A stretch of DNA of 64,000 nt from Promethearchaeota archaeon (GCA_030603385.1 JAUVXW010000013.1:10635-74634); one strand, 5' to 3'. Shown: positions 54,033-62,974, counted from the stretch's first letter. Program-made: numbers and translations. The notes: generated from the sequence alone by a model not told the origin.

Positions 54033-56474
54033 ATGAAAAAGACAATAAAAAGAGTATTGGTTATACTATTAGGAAGTATTCTATGGTTATCAATTTTTAT
54101 AAGTAATGAATTTTTCAATGAAACTAACTTATATTCAAATATAAATAATCCTGTCCAATTCGCTAATGGCCCAATCCCACCATCAATGGGCCAATCACTT
54201 GTCTTTGGAACAATAGCGGGCCCTATAGATTTGGATCCGCACTTATGCTACGATTCATCTAGTCAAGCCGTAATTTCCCAAATTTGTGAGGGTCTCTATA
54301 AATTCAATACCACAGATCCTACATATCCAATAGTTCCGGTACTTGCAACAGCACTACCGACAATCTCACCAGATGGTTTAAATATAACCATTCCTCTTAG
54401 AACAGGTGTCACATTTACAGATGGAACGCCGTTTAATGCAACCGCTGTAAAATGGAATTTTGACAGATTAAACTATTTCTTAAATTATTCAGGGAACCAG
54501 TTTTTACCTGCTCCGTTTAATATACCACTTCCTTCAGATGGTTCTATCCAAAAAACTACAGCAGAAATGCTATTTACATTAAACAGCGTTCCCATTATTA
54601 ATAGAACAGAAGTTATCGGCCCATATACCATAAAAATTGTGATGAATGTACCAAAAGCATCCTTTATTAATCTGTTAACTTATCATTCCACCTTTTTCCA
54701 CTCACCTACATCTGCACAAGCCCAAGGGAAAGAACTTGACTATCTCACGTATGCCGATGCCGATACTTTAATTGGGACGGGTCCTTTTATCTTCCAATAT
54801 TATGCCACCAATATTGAAGTAAATTTTATTGGGAACCCGAATTATTGGCAGGGTGCTCCATTATTAACAGAGCTAATATTTTCAATTATTCAAGATACTA
54901 ATGCTTTGAATTTAGCGGTACTTGCAGGTGATATTGACTTATGTGATGCCCCAGCGTCAAGTTTCTTTGATACATTCAGAGCTGATCCAGACATAACCCT
55001 CCTGGAAGCCGGACCTACTGTATTAACTAGTTATATGGGATTTAATGGATATATGGTGAATACGACATTTCGGAAAGCAATCTCATATGCGATTAATTAT
55101 TCATATCTAATCGATGTAGTTTTGTCAGGTGAAGCATATAGATTGAAATCTCCAATCCCCGAAGGCATACCAATGTCGAACTATTCTTTCAATTATCCCG
55201 TATTTGACCGTGCATATGCACAATCAATCATGCAATCTATGGGATATGGAACAACCTTTACGACAGATGCTGATTGGACTACTCATGCGGATGGAGGAGG
55301 ATGGGGGTTTGGATGGAATATTACAGCCCAAACTGAAGGAGTAACCCGAAGAGACTTCGCTATACTTATTTCGGACAGTCTAAGATATCTCGGGATTAAT
55401 GCTCCCGTAGTACAGATCCCTTTTGGGGATTTACTCACATGCATACAAAATGATGTTGGGTTCTTAAGACGAGACAGAATCCCAATGTACATGCTTGGAT
55501 GGGGTCCTGATTATATAGATCCTGAGAATTACATTTCACCTTTATACAGTAATAGATCATCAATTTGGGTCAATACCTATGATTATGAATTAGAGCAATT
55601 AATGCTCGCGGGAGAAACAACAGTCGATATTCTTGCTAGACTAGCAATTTATAATGAAATTCAACGGAAATTGGTTGAAGAACTCTACTTTTTTGCTTGG
55701 ATCGCGACAGGCAAGAATTATGATGTTTATCAAAATTACGTTAAAGGATGGGTTCCTAATGCTATTAATGTAATCGATTTCTATCCTGTATATCTCGATA
55801 TACCAGATTTGATAGCACCAACGATCATTATATTTTTTCCAATTCTTAATCAAATATATAGTTATAATTCTCCCGACTTTGCTATTACTGTCAGTGATGT
55901 TTCTCCAATAAATTCTACATGGTATACTATAGATGGAGGATTAACAAATTACACCTTTTCCGGACTAGCAGGAACTATAAATCAAACAGCATGGGATAAT
56001 GAAAATAGTGGTCTGATTACTTTAAGATTCTACGCAAATGATTCGGCAGGAAATGTAGGTTTTACAGATAGAATTGTCATAAAAGATGTGTTAACACCAG
56101 AAATTACAATTAATTCCCCAATTGCAGGTGAGGAGTTCACGGAACCCCCTGATTTTACTATTTCTATTATTGAAGGGAATTTAGACTCCACTTGGTATAC
56201 GGTAGAAGGAAGCCTGACCCAATATCCATTCATAGGATTAACTGGAACAATCCATCAAAATGCATGGGATGACGCACCAGAAGGAGATGTTACTATAGCT
56301 TTTTATGCTGAAGATAGAGCAGGAAATATGGGATCTAAAAGTGTAGTAGTTAAGAAAAGAATCCCATCAAAAGGACCAGAAATTCCAGGATATAATGTAT
56401 TGATAATAACTGGTATTTCATTCATTGCTCTTTTCATTATAACGCAGAAGAGAAGAATAAATATAAAAAAATAA
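54033..56474 (+). CDS. Cell-surface family-5 solute-binding protein (DppA/OppA-like) fused to two Ig-like repeats and a PGF-CTERM-like anchor
   Basis: Signal/anchor helix, SBP_bac_5-like core (GPIDLDPHLCYDSSSQAVISQICEGLYKF ... MLGWGPDYIDPENY). Two ~95-aa tandem repeats (STWYTIDGGLTNYTFSGLAGTINQTAWDN / STWYTVEGSLTQYPFIGLTGTIHQNAWDD). C-terminal PEIPGYNVLIITGISFIALFIITQKRR. Confidence 0.7.
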   Translation: MKKTIKRVLVILLGSILWLSIFISNEFFNETNLYSNINNPVQFANGPIPPSMGQSLVFGTIAGPIDLDPHLCYDSSSQAVISQICEGLYKFNTTDPTYPIVPVLATALPTISPDGLNITIPLRTGVTFTDGTPFNATAVKWNFDRLNYFLNYSGNQFLPAPFNIPLPSDGSIQKTTAEMLFTLNSVPIINRTEVIGPYTIKIVMNVPKASFINLLTYHSTFFHSPTSAQAQGKELDYLTYADADTLIGTGPFIFQYYATNIEVNFIGNPNYWQGAPLLTELIFSIIQDTNALNLAVLAGDIDLCDAPASSFFDTFRADPDITLLEAGPTVLTSYMGFNGYMVNTTFRKAISYAINYSYLIDVVLSGEAYRLKSPIPEGIPMSNYSFNYPVFDRAYAQSIMQSMGYGTTFTTDADWTTHADGGGWGFGWNITAQTEGVTRRDFAILISDSLRYLGINAPVVQIPFGDLLTCIQNDVGFLRRDRIPMYMLGWGPDYIDPENYISPLYSNRSSIWVNTYDYELEQLMLAGETTVDILARLAIYNEIQRKLVEELYFFAWIATGKNYDVYQNYVKGWVPNAINVIDFYPVYLDIPDLIAPTIIIFFPILNQIYSYNSPDFAITVSDVSPINSTWYTIDGGLTNYTFSGLAGTINQTAWDNENSGLITLRFYANDSAGNVGFTDRIVIKDVLTPEITINSPIAGEEFTEPPDFTISIIEGNLDSTWYTVEGSLTQYPFIGLTGTIHQNAWDDAPEGDVTIAFYAEDRAGNMGSKSVVVKKRIPSKGPEIPGYNVLIITGISFIALFIITQKRRINIKK

Positions 56475-56652
56475 TTTTAATTAATTTTTTTTTAAAACCT
56501 AATCTTTGAACCTTACAGTGTCAGTTATTACTAAATATATAAGAAGAATTAATGAATAATACAGTATAGGTGAAAATCTATACATATACAAATCTAAAAT
56601 TAATAAAATTTGAATGGAAAAAAAAAATCTTTTCTTATCATATTAGGAATTA

Positions 56653-56830
56653 AATCAGAATCAAAATCATTAGCAGTTTTATAGTAAATGATCCCTCTAG
56701 ATTCTCTATGTGTTATAGTAATATACTCAATTGATATTGCTAAAGATAAATATTCTGAAATAGGAATTCCTACCTTCCACTGTGATTTCTTATGTATATT
56801 GAATAGTGCTCTATTTATTTATAATTTTGC
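56653..56830 (-). repeat. Copy 2 of the ~180 bp dispersed repeat (orphan fragment)
   Basis: Same sequence family as 53681-53870. The conserved minus-strand frame ends after ~60 codons (…YYKTANDFDSDLIPNMIRKDFFFPFKFY*). Confidence 0.85.
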
Positions 56831-56980
56831 TTGGCGTATTAATGATAAAATCAATTGATATTAAAAACAATTTAATTGTAATAATTGTAAATTTTAACAA
56901 CGGGATATCCTAAAACAATGGATGACCAATTAATTGATATGAAAACCTAAAATAGAAGAAAAAAAAAAAGCAAAGTAATC

Positions 56981-58342
56981 TTATTGGTTTTTTAAATGAT
57001 ATTTTTTAATCATTATTAGAACTGCGCAACTAAGTATTCCTATTATAATCCATAAATTGAACCCTGGAATTGTGCCACCGGTACCACCATTACCCTCTTT
57101 ACTTGGTATTAATAATTCCAAATTTTTGATTATAAAAGCATCCAAACCAGCAATTCCGGGTGTCCTTCCGACCATGTATACATTCCCAGATGTATCTACT
57201 TCGACATTATGTCCTATATTCCTACCTGCTGTAGTATTGCCTTTCCATGACCCTACTCGGAGTAAAGTACCATTTGAAGCAAATTTCATTAATAAAGCTG
57301 AACTCTCATAGTTGGCCATCTCAGTAGCACCTGTAATGAAAATGTTAGAATTATCATCTAATGTAATACCATAAGCCCATGAAGTGATATCTTGGTATGT
57401 GCTCTCCCAGAGTAACTCTCTTGATGGATTATATTTTCTTAAAAATAACGCCCCATTGGAATCCGTTCCATAAAATCCTGTAACATAGAAATTTCCCGAA
57501 GAATCTACTATAACATCCATAACTCGTCCGCTATAATATGCTGGCTCATCCCAAGTTATATTCCAGAATTGATAACCAGTAGTAGCATTAAAACAAGCAA
57601 TCAGAGGGATATCCTTACTTAGAGTATAGTTACGCTCTTGACCAACAACATAGATTAAATCGTTAAAAGTTGCAATTCCGTGAATGCTTTTCCTAGAATC
57701 ATCTTTTATACCAAAAGTTACGTTCCAAACTTCAGTTCCACCGGAATCGAGTTTTAGAATGAAATATTGATATGTATACGAAGGATGAGAACCATATGGC
57801 ATCTCTCCAATAAAATAAATGTCACCTGTTTGACTTAACGTCATATCTGAAGTATAACACCCGGTCGCTCCCGATTTAACCCATGTTCTATTCCATAGGT
57901 AATTTCCTAAACCGTCATACTTTCCTAGAAAACATTCATATCTTGAGGTACTTTGATTAAGGTAATTACTTCCTACATAAATTTCTGTTCCACTAACTGC
58001 AAGTGCTCTAAACTTATCTTGACTGCCACCGTCCCTGGTATCATTCCAAAGCTGTGTTCCTGTTTCGTCAAATTTAGCGACAAATTGATCTATAGTTGTA
58101 TTATACGTTTGCCCTCCAATAATTATATCATCGTTACTGTCAATGGCAACATCAAAAGCCATATCATCATTATCATCAAATCTACTCCATAATGAAATCC
58201 AATCATAAGGTGCTGATAAGTTAACAGATGTAGTCTCTGGAACATGAGTTCTTTGGTTTACCGTTAAATTTATTGGTTCAGTTATAAATAGAACAAGGCT
58301 GATAAATAATACTGTTTTAATTAATATTCGATTTATTTTCAT
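56981..58342 (-). CDS. Secreted beta-propeller-repeat (SBBP-like) protein with PGF-CTERM sorting signal
   Basis: Probable start at MKINRILIKTVLFISLVLFI (signal peptide). Recurring D.(S/T)GN.Y..G motifs (TGDIYFIGE, SGNFYVTGF, NSNIFITGA, SGNVYMVGR). C-terminal GGTGGTIPGFNLWIIIGILSCAVLIMIKK. Confidence 0.65.
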   Translation of the reverse strand: MKINRILIKTVLFISLVLFITEPINLTVNQRTHVPETTSVNLSAPYDWISLWSRFDDNDDMAFDVAIDSNDDIIIGGQTYNTTIDQFVAKFDETGTQLWNDTRDGGSQDKFRALAVSGTEIYVGSNYLNQSTSRYECFLGKYDGLGNYLWNRTWVKSGATGCYTSDMTLSQTGDIYFIGEMPYGSHPSYTYQYFILKLDSGGTEVWNVTFGIKDDSRKSIHGIATFNDLIYVVGQERNYTLSKDIPLIACFNATTGYQFWNITWDEPAYYSGRVMDVIVDSSGNFYVTGFYGTDSNGALFLRKYNPSRELLWESTYQDITSWAYGITLDDNSNIFITGATEMANYESSALLMKFASNGTLLRVGSWKGNTTAGRNIGHNVEVDTSGNVYMVGRTPGIAGLDAFIIKNLELLIPSKEGNGGTGGTIPGFNLWIIIGILSCAVLIMIKKYHLKNQ

Positions 58343-58413
58343 AATACAATATATATCGTAGGAAGTATAAAAAGAATTAATGTGCTTTACACAAAAATGT
58401 AAAAAATATACGA

Positions 58414-58604
58414 GATGAATCAAGAAAGTCAGGATCAAAATTACCCGCAGTTTTATAGTAAATTATCTCTCGAGATTCTCTATGTGTTATAATAATATAT
58501 TCAATTGATATTGCTAAAGATAAATATTCTGAAATAGGAATTCCTACCTTCCACTGTGATTTCTTATGTATATTGAATAGTACTCTATTTATTTATAATT
58601 TTGC
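58414..58604 (-). repeat. Copy 3 of the ~180 bp dispersed repeat, immediately 5' of the beta-propeller gene
   Basis: Same family. The conserved frame gives SQWKVGIPISEYLSLAISIEYIIITHRESREIIYYKTAGNFDPDFLDSSRIFFTFLCKAH* and stops just before the MKINR start. Confidence 0.85.
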
Positions 58605-58825
58605 CTAATATCAGTTAAAGAATTAATAACTTAATCTTGGGAATCATTATCATCAATATTGAGAATAAAAGTGCAGATGGCGCACTCAAAGGCACAAAGG
58701 AGTATATACTATTTACAAAAAAGTAAAAATATAAATAGCTACTTATTAATTTATATTTTACACCGAAATCTAATCTAAAAAAAAAAAAACTATAAAAAGA
58801 AATTATATAGAGGTGGTAATAAAAA

Positions 58826-59140
58826 ATGTTATTTATTTCATATTGGGAGTTAAACCCAGATTTTGATCCCTCAGAATTAGCTGAAATTACACAAATGCTC
58901 ATGAGTAAAAAACTCTACCCCGCTGAAGGAGTTAATGACATCGCTTTTCATGTAAGTACATCGGACTATTGGGGAATTAGTATAAGTGAATCCGACAGTG
59001 AAGAGGCAATGGCTAGAAGTACTAATATGTGGAGAATTGCCAAACCTGGCTACATAAAGCTTGTTAAAACCACACCTGCAATGGAAGTAGCTAAAGCACT
59101 ACCAGTAATAATGAAACTAAAAAAAGATATAAAAGGTTAA
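58826..59140 (+). CDS. Hypothetical protein
   Basis: 104-aa ORF with ATG start and normal composition; no motif recognised. Confidence 0.4.
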   Translation: MLFISYWELNPDFDPSELAEITQMLMSKKLYPAEGVNDIAFHVSTSDYWGISISESDSEEAMARSTNMWRIAKPGYIKLVKTTPAMEVAKALPVIMKLKKDIKG

Positions 59141-59247
59141 TATTAAACTGACTTCCATTCTTTCTTCATCAAGGATCAAGAGTAAAATTATTTATCAAAA
59201 TCTTAATTTTCTTTTTTTTTTGATTAGAACTGTTAATATAATTTTAA

Positions 59248-60210
59248 TTATCTATTTTGAGAATTTTTAGCAGCAAATTCATCGATTTCTTTCTGATCTT
59301 TACTATTATCATCATTTTTCTTGTTTTCTAAATATTCATAAATTTTATTCCCTGAAGCAAGTGGGAAAATATTTTTATCTTCTTTAAAAGTTTTAAGTGA
59401 TTTCATGCGTTTTTTAGACCAATACCCCCGGGGAGGTGTAGAAATTCCCCATTTCTTACACCATTTCTTAACTGTTTTATCTGATACTCCATAATTTTTG
59501 CCAATTTTAGTTAACGGTAATTGCCATACAAGTTCTTCCAGTTTTTTCTTTGTAATTTTGAATTTTTTTTTATTAGAACGCCAAGCATTAGCTTTAATTT
59601 TAGCTATTCTACTTTCCTCAGTCTCAAAATTATGTCTTTTACTCTGTAAGCTATTATGATAATTTGCTAGCATTTCATTGTATAATTCGATACCTAGACT
59701 CATAGAATATCCATGACCCTTAATTAATCTAGTTCCTATAAAACTCCGACTTCTTTTTTCATAGATTTTAAAAGGTAAATTAAAATGGCTCTTAATTTGT
59801 TCTAAAAATATTTTACTCCCAGTAATGATTCGAGTAGTACCAGTTTTCCCATCTCCATCATAGAATCCAAGAAGAAAAGCTAAATATAATTTACGGTTAC
59901 TTAGATTTGGTAATTCTATAATTTTTGATTTTCTAGGTACAACTCCCCATCTAACTAAATCTTTTACAATTTTTTTATTAACAAATTTAACTACCACAGT
60001 ATGATCTCTTTCTCTGTAATGCTTACGATTTGGATCAATATCTAGTGTTATAATAAACCGATCTATAAGTATCTCATCATCTTTACCAATTTCGATCCCC
60101 AATCTATAAGCCTTCTGATTTCTAGTTTCTATATAACCCTCAGCATAAAGAAATCCTAACCAATAAGATTTTTCTTTTATATCAATATCATCAAAATAAT
60201 TTTCCTTCAA
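59248..60210 (-). CDS. Free-standing double-motif LAGLIDADG homing-endonuclease-like protein with C-terminal HTH
   Basis: Two LAGLIDADG motifs (YWLGFLYAEGYI and LAFLLGFYDGDGK) ~100 aa apart. C-terminal LTKIGKNYGVSDKTVKKWCKKWGI HTH. TTG start 67 nt downstream of the tRNA-Leu 3' end, same strand. Confidence 0.75.
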   Translation of the reverse strand: MKENYFDDIDIKEKSYWLGFLYAEGYIETRNQKAYRLGIEIGKDDEILIDRFIITLDIDPNRKHYRERDHTVVVKFVNKKIVKDLVRWGVVPRKSKIIELPNLSNRKLYLAFLLGFYDGDGKTGTTRIITGSKIFLEQIKSHFNLPFKIYEKRSRSFIGTRLIKGHGYSMSLGIELYNEMLANYHNSLQSKRHNFETEESRIAKIKANAWRSNKKKFKITKKKLEELVWQLPLTKIGKNYGVSDKTVKKWCKKWGISTPPRGYWSKKRMKSLKTFKEDKNIFPLASGNKIYEYLENKKNDDNSKDQKEIDEFAAKNSQNR

Positions 60211-60277
60211 CCTATTTTAGATTTTAAAAATTAGATAATAAACTAAAAGAATTTTTTATATTCGAGTGAAATAAGTG

Positions 60278-60453
60278 TGGAGGGGGTGAGAATTTCTACT
60301 GCTTCCGATGTGACAAGCAATATTCGAACTCACGAATTAAGGCTCTTTACGGAAACCTTAAAGAGTGGCCTTTGCCACTGGATCTTAAGTCCAGCACCTT
60401 TAGTTGACCCATTTTGGCGTAAAATGGCTTTGACCAAGCTCGGTAACCCCTCC
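60278..60453 (-). tRNA. tRNA-Leu (anticodon UAA), class II, interrupted by three putative non-canonical introns
   Basis: Minus strand: GGAGGGG-TT-ACC-GAGCTTGGTCAAA-[~30 nt]-GGT-G-CTGGA-CTTAAGA-TCCAG-TGGCAAAGGCCACTC-[~29 nt]-GTGAG-TTCGAAT-[~31 nt]-CTCAC-CCCCTCC-A. Perfect 7-bp acceptor, 5-bp anticodon and T stems, 3-bp D stem. U8, GG in the D loop, U33, G37, TTCGAAT T-loop, A73 discriminator. No encoded CCA. Confidence 0.75.
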
Positions 60454-60717
60454 AACATTAGAAAATAGTTTCTGTTTTTTAAAAGCTCTAAAAATATAAT
60501 TAAAAGCTTTTAAGGGTGACAATAATTCAAAGTTATAATTTTAATTTAAATTTTTCTTAAGCTTCTGATATTAATGGTTAGATAAGGTTTAAAGAAAAAA
60601 CAAAAAGAAATAAATAATTGTAAAATATTAAAATAATATCGTACTCACAATTCATCAACATGTACTTATAGATTTAGATTATTATCTTAAAATAGATAAA
60701 TTATATGGTTAAATATC

Positions 60718-61095
60718 ATGCCTGTAGGTATTCTTGTAATTCGTTGGGATAACGAAATTGGCCCAATAAATGAAGGTTTTTATCCGGAGACTTTAAAGAT
60801 CACTAACAATCTACTCACGCAAGTTTATTCGAGTCACAGATACCAGAGTCTCAAACCCGGCTTCGCGAGCATCGCGCTCAAGAATAATAAAGTAGTATCA
60901 TTTTTCTCAGGAGTAGGACAAGATTTTATTTCAGTTGAGAATTATGTTGTGGCTCTTATACTTCGAAGAGATGAAAAACCTGGAAAATATCGAGAGGTAT
61001 TAAAGACAATTGCGGCTGAAATTCTTGAAAAAATCCCAGATGACTCATTTCGGGAGGTTTTACCTGGGCTTTATTACCAATTAGCCAAGGTATAA
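60718..61095 (+). CDS. Hypothetical small protein, possible longin-like fold
   Basis: 125 aa. MPVGILVIRWDNEIGPI / ITNNLLTQVYSSHRY / GFASIALKNNKVVSFF / NYVVALILRR / KYREVLKTIAAEILEKI, a beta-beta-alpha-beta-beta-beta-alpha pattern by eye. Confidence 0.35.
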   Translation: MPVGILVIRWDNEIGPINEGFYPETLKITNNLLTQVYSSHRYQSLKPGFASIALKNNKVVSFFSGVGQDFISVENYVVALILRRDEKPGKYREVLKTIAAEILEKIPDDSFREVLPGLYYQLAKV

Positions 61096-61153
61096 GGATC
61101 TTTTATTATTATCCTTTTTTTAAATTGCTTAAAATGAATTAAGATAAGTTAAA

Positions 61154-62161
61154 CTAACTATCTTCAATTTTTTGTTTAACAACGATTTTACCTTGTTCAT
61201 TAGTTTCAAGAATGCCTGCATTTTCTAAATCTTGAACATTTCTTTTGACTATAACTATAGGAGAACCAAGAGCGGCTCGGAGATCTTCTAAACTTATTGC
61301 TCCTACCTCTTCAACTATAAGAAAAGTTTTGAAAAGTACTTCTTTTTCCATTAACGGTTTTAGTTTATCAAAATATTGGATCTTTTCGATGTTGTCTTTA
61401 TGGAAATCTTGGATTTCCTTAATCTTTTTGTTTAAACGCTCTAGTTCTGCATTAGCTTCTCTATTTTTATCACTTAGTTCTCCAACTTTATTAATTAATT
61501 CTTCATGTTTATTTCTCATTTGTTGAAATCTAGAAACAGCATCTTTCGCTTCAGAGTCTTTTTCTGTAGAAACTAATTTACTATCCAATAATATTTGATC
61601 AAGTTGATTAAGTTTAGATTTTAATTCTTGTGTTTCTTTTATGTATTTTTCTTCCATTTGCGATATTATTTTAACTTGTTCTTCTTTAAACTTATCAGTA
61701 AATGCTTCTAATTCTTGTATTTTGTTTTCCAAAGATTTCTTTGATTCCTTTTGCAGAATAAATTCCGAACTTTTTTCAGCCATTTCTGCTCTTAAATTTC
61801 CCATAGTCTCATAAGATTCCTCTAACTTCTTTTGTGTAGGAATAATTTGTTTTTTCATTAATTCAAGTTCCTTTTGTGATTGAGCGATCTCTCCCTTAGC
61901 ATATTCTAACTCAAGCTCTTTCTCATTAAGTTGTTGTCTTTGCGCGCCAATTAATTCTTTTAATTCAAGAATATCTTCTGGAATATCGCTCATTTTAGAG
62001 ATCTTGGTTTTTTGGTCATCTATTATAGCCTCTTGTTCACTAACTACTCTTTTTTGACGTTCTACTAGTGCTGTTAACTTATCTACTTTTGATTGCAAAA
62101 TAGCAGTTTTCTTTTCACTAGATTCAATGCCATCTAATACATCTCTTAAATCTTTTGACAC
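61154..62161 (-). CDS. Coiled-coil protein with C-terminal winged-helix-like domain
   Basis: About 270 aa E/K/Q-rich coiled coil, then FLIVEEVGAISLEDLRAALGSPIVIVKRNVQDLENAGILETNEQGKIVV. Confidence 0.5.
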   Translation of the reverse strand: MSKDLRDVLDGIESSEKKTAILQSKVDKLTALVERQKRVVSEQEAIIDDQKTKISKMSDIPEDILELKELIGAQRQQLNEKELELEYAKGEIAQSQKELELMKKQIIPTQKKLEESYETMGNLRAEMAEKSSEFILQKESKKSLENKIQELEAFTDKFKEEQVKIISQMEEKYIKETQELKSKLNQLDQILLDSKLVSTEKDSEAKDAVSRFQQMRNKHEELINKVGELSDKNREANAELERLNKKIKEIQDFHKDNIEKIQYFDKLKPLMEKEVLFKTFLIVEEVGAISLEDLRAALGSPIVIVKRNVQDLENAGILETNEQGKIVVKQKIEDS

Positions 62162-62333
62162 AGTTAATTTAGCCTCAATTTTTAATTTAAAATAGAATAG
62201 TATAAAATGTTAATGTAGCAAATATATTTATTATTTTTTTTAATAGAAACTTATAACTAGTATGAGGGATTAGTTTTTTATAATTTTCGAAATTGAAAGA
62301 TAGTTCATCCTTCCTAGTAGTAAATTCTATAAG

Positions 62334-62915
62334 GTGATACAAATTTCTGCAATTTATTTTAAACCCACTCATTTAAACATTATCATACTTATAACTTTTG
62401 AAGATTTAGAGGAACAAAAGAAAATTAAGTTAAAAGAAATTCATTTTTTCAAAAATAAGACTGATGCTACTAATTTTGTTGGACGAGAAAAGCTTGAATT
62501 GATAGAAGATACTCATACAATTTCAAGAAACGATGTTCAAAATTTAATAGATTTAATCAACAATCACTTATCAGGAGGAAAAATCAATTTATTTGATAAG
62601 ATAAGTGAGTTAGGCATCCAATTGGATATACAAGAAAAATTCCCAACAAGTTTTTCTCAAGATGTTGTTAGAAGTCTCATTAACCTGAAACCTGGTGAAA
62701 TAACGACATATTCAAAAATCGGTAATGAAATTGGCTCAAAAGCCTATAGAGCTATAGGAAATGTCTGTAAATCAAATCCAATACCATTAGTTATTCCTTG
62801 TCACCGCGTTCTAAGAAAAAACGGAGAAATCGGTGGTTTTATGGGGAAATCAGATAAAACATGGGAGACAAATCTAAAAAAACAATTATTAAAAATAGAA
62901 GGATATCAAATATAG
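62334..62915 (+). CDS. ogt: Methylated-DNA-protein-cysteine methyltransferase
   Basis: Active-site IPCHRV motif preceded by PGEITTYSKIGNEIGSKAYRAIGNVCKSNP. GTG start. Confidence 0.75.
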   Translation: MIQISAIYFKPTHLNIIILITFEDLEEQKKIKLKEIHFFKNKTDATNFVGREKLELIEDTHTISRNDVQNLIDLINNHLSGGKINLFDKISELGIQLDIQEKFPTSFSQDVVRSLINLKPGEITTYSKIGNEIGSKAYRAIGNVCKSNPIPLVIPCHRVLRKNGEIGGFMGKSDKTWETNLKKQLLKIEGYQI

Positions 62916-62974
62916 AAATCCGGATTTCTAACAATCGAAATTAATATAAGAGCTTATATCTTTTATTAAATATT

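Noticed and set aside
58343-58438. 32-codon N-terminal extension (TTG start) of the beta-propeller protein in the ORF track
   Set aside because: The extension runs into repeat copy 3 in a frame different from the conserved one. A perfect signal peptide begins at the internal MKINRILIK (58342).
58615-58902. 95-aa minus-strand ORF in AT-rich spacer
   Set aside because: Low-complexity F/Y/I/S sequence that overlaps the start of the better-looking plus-strand ORF at 58826. Probably non-coding.
60277-60468. 63-aa plus-strand ORF (GTG start)
   Set aside because: It coincides exactly with the complement of the tRNA-Leu gene. Its G+C richness is explained by RNA structure, not coding.
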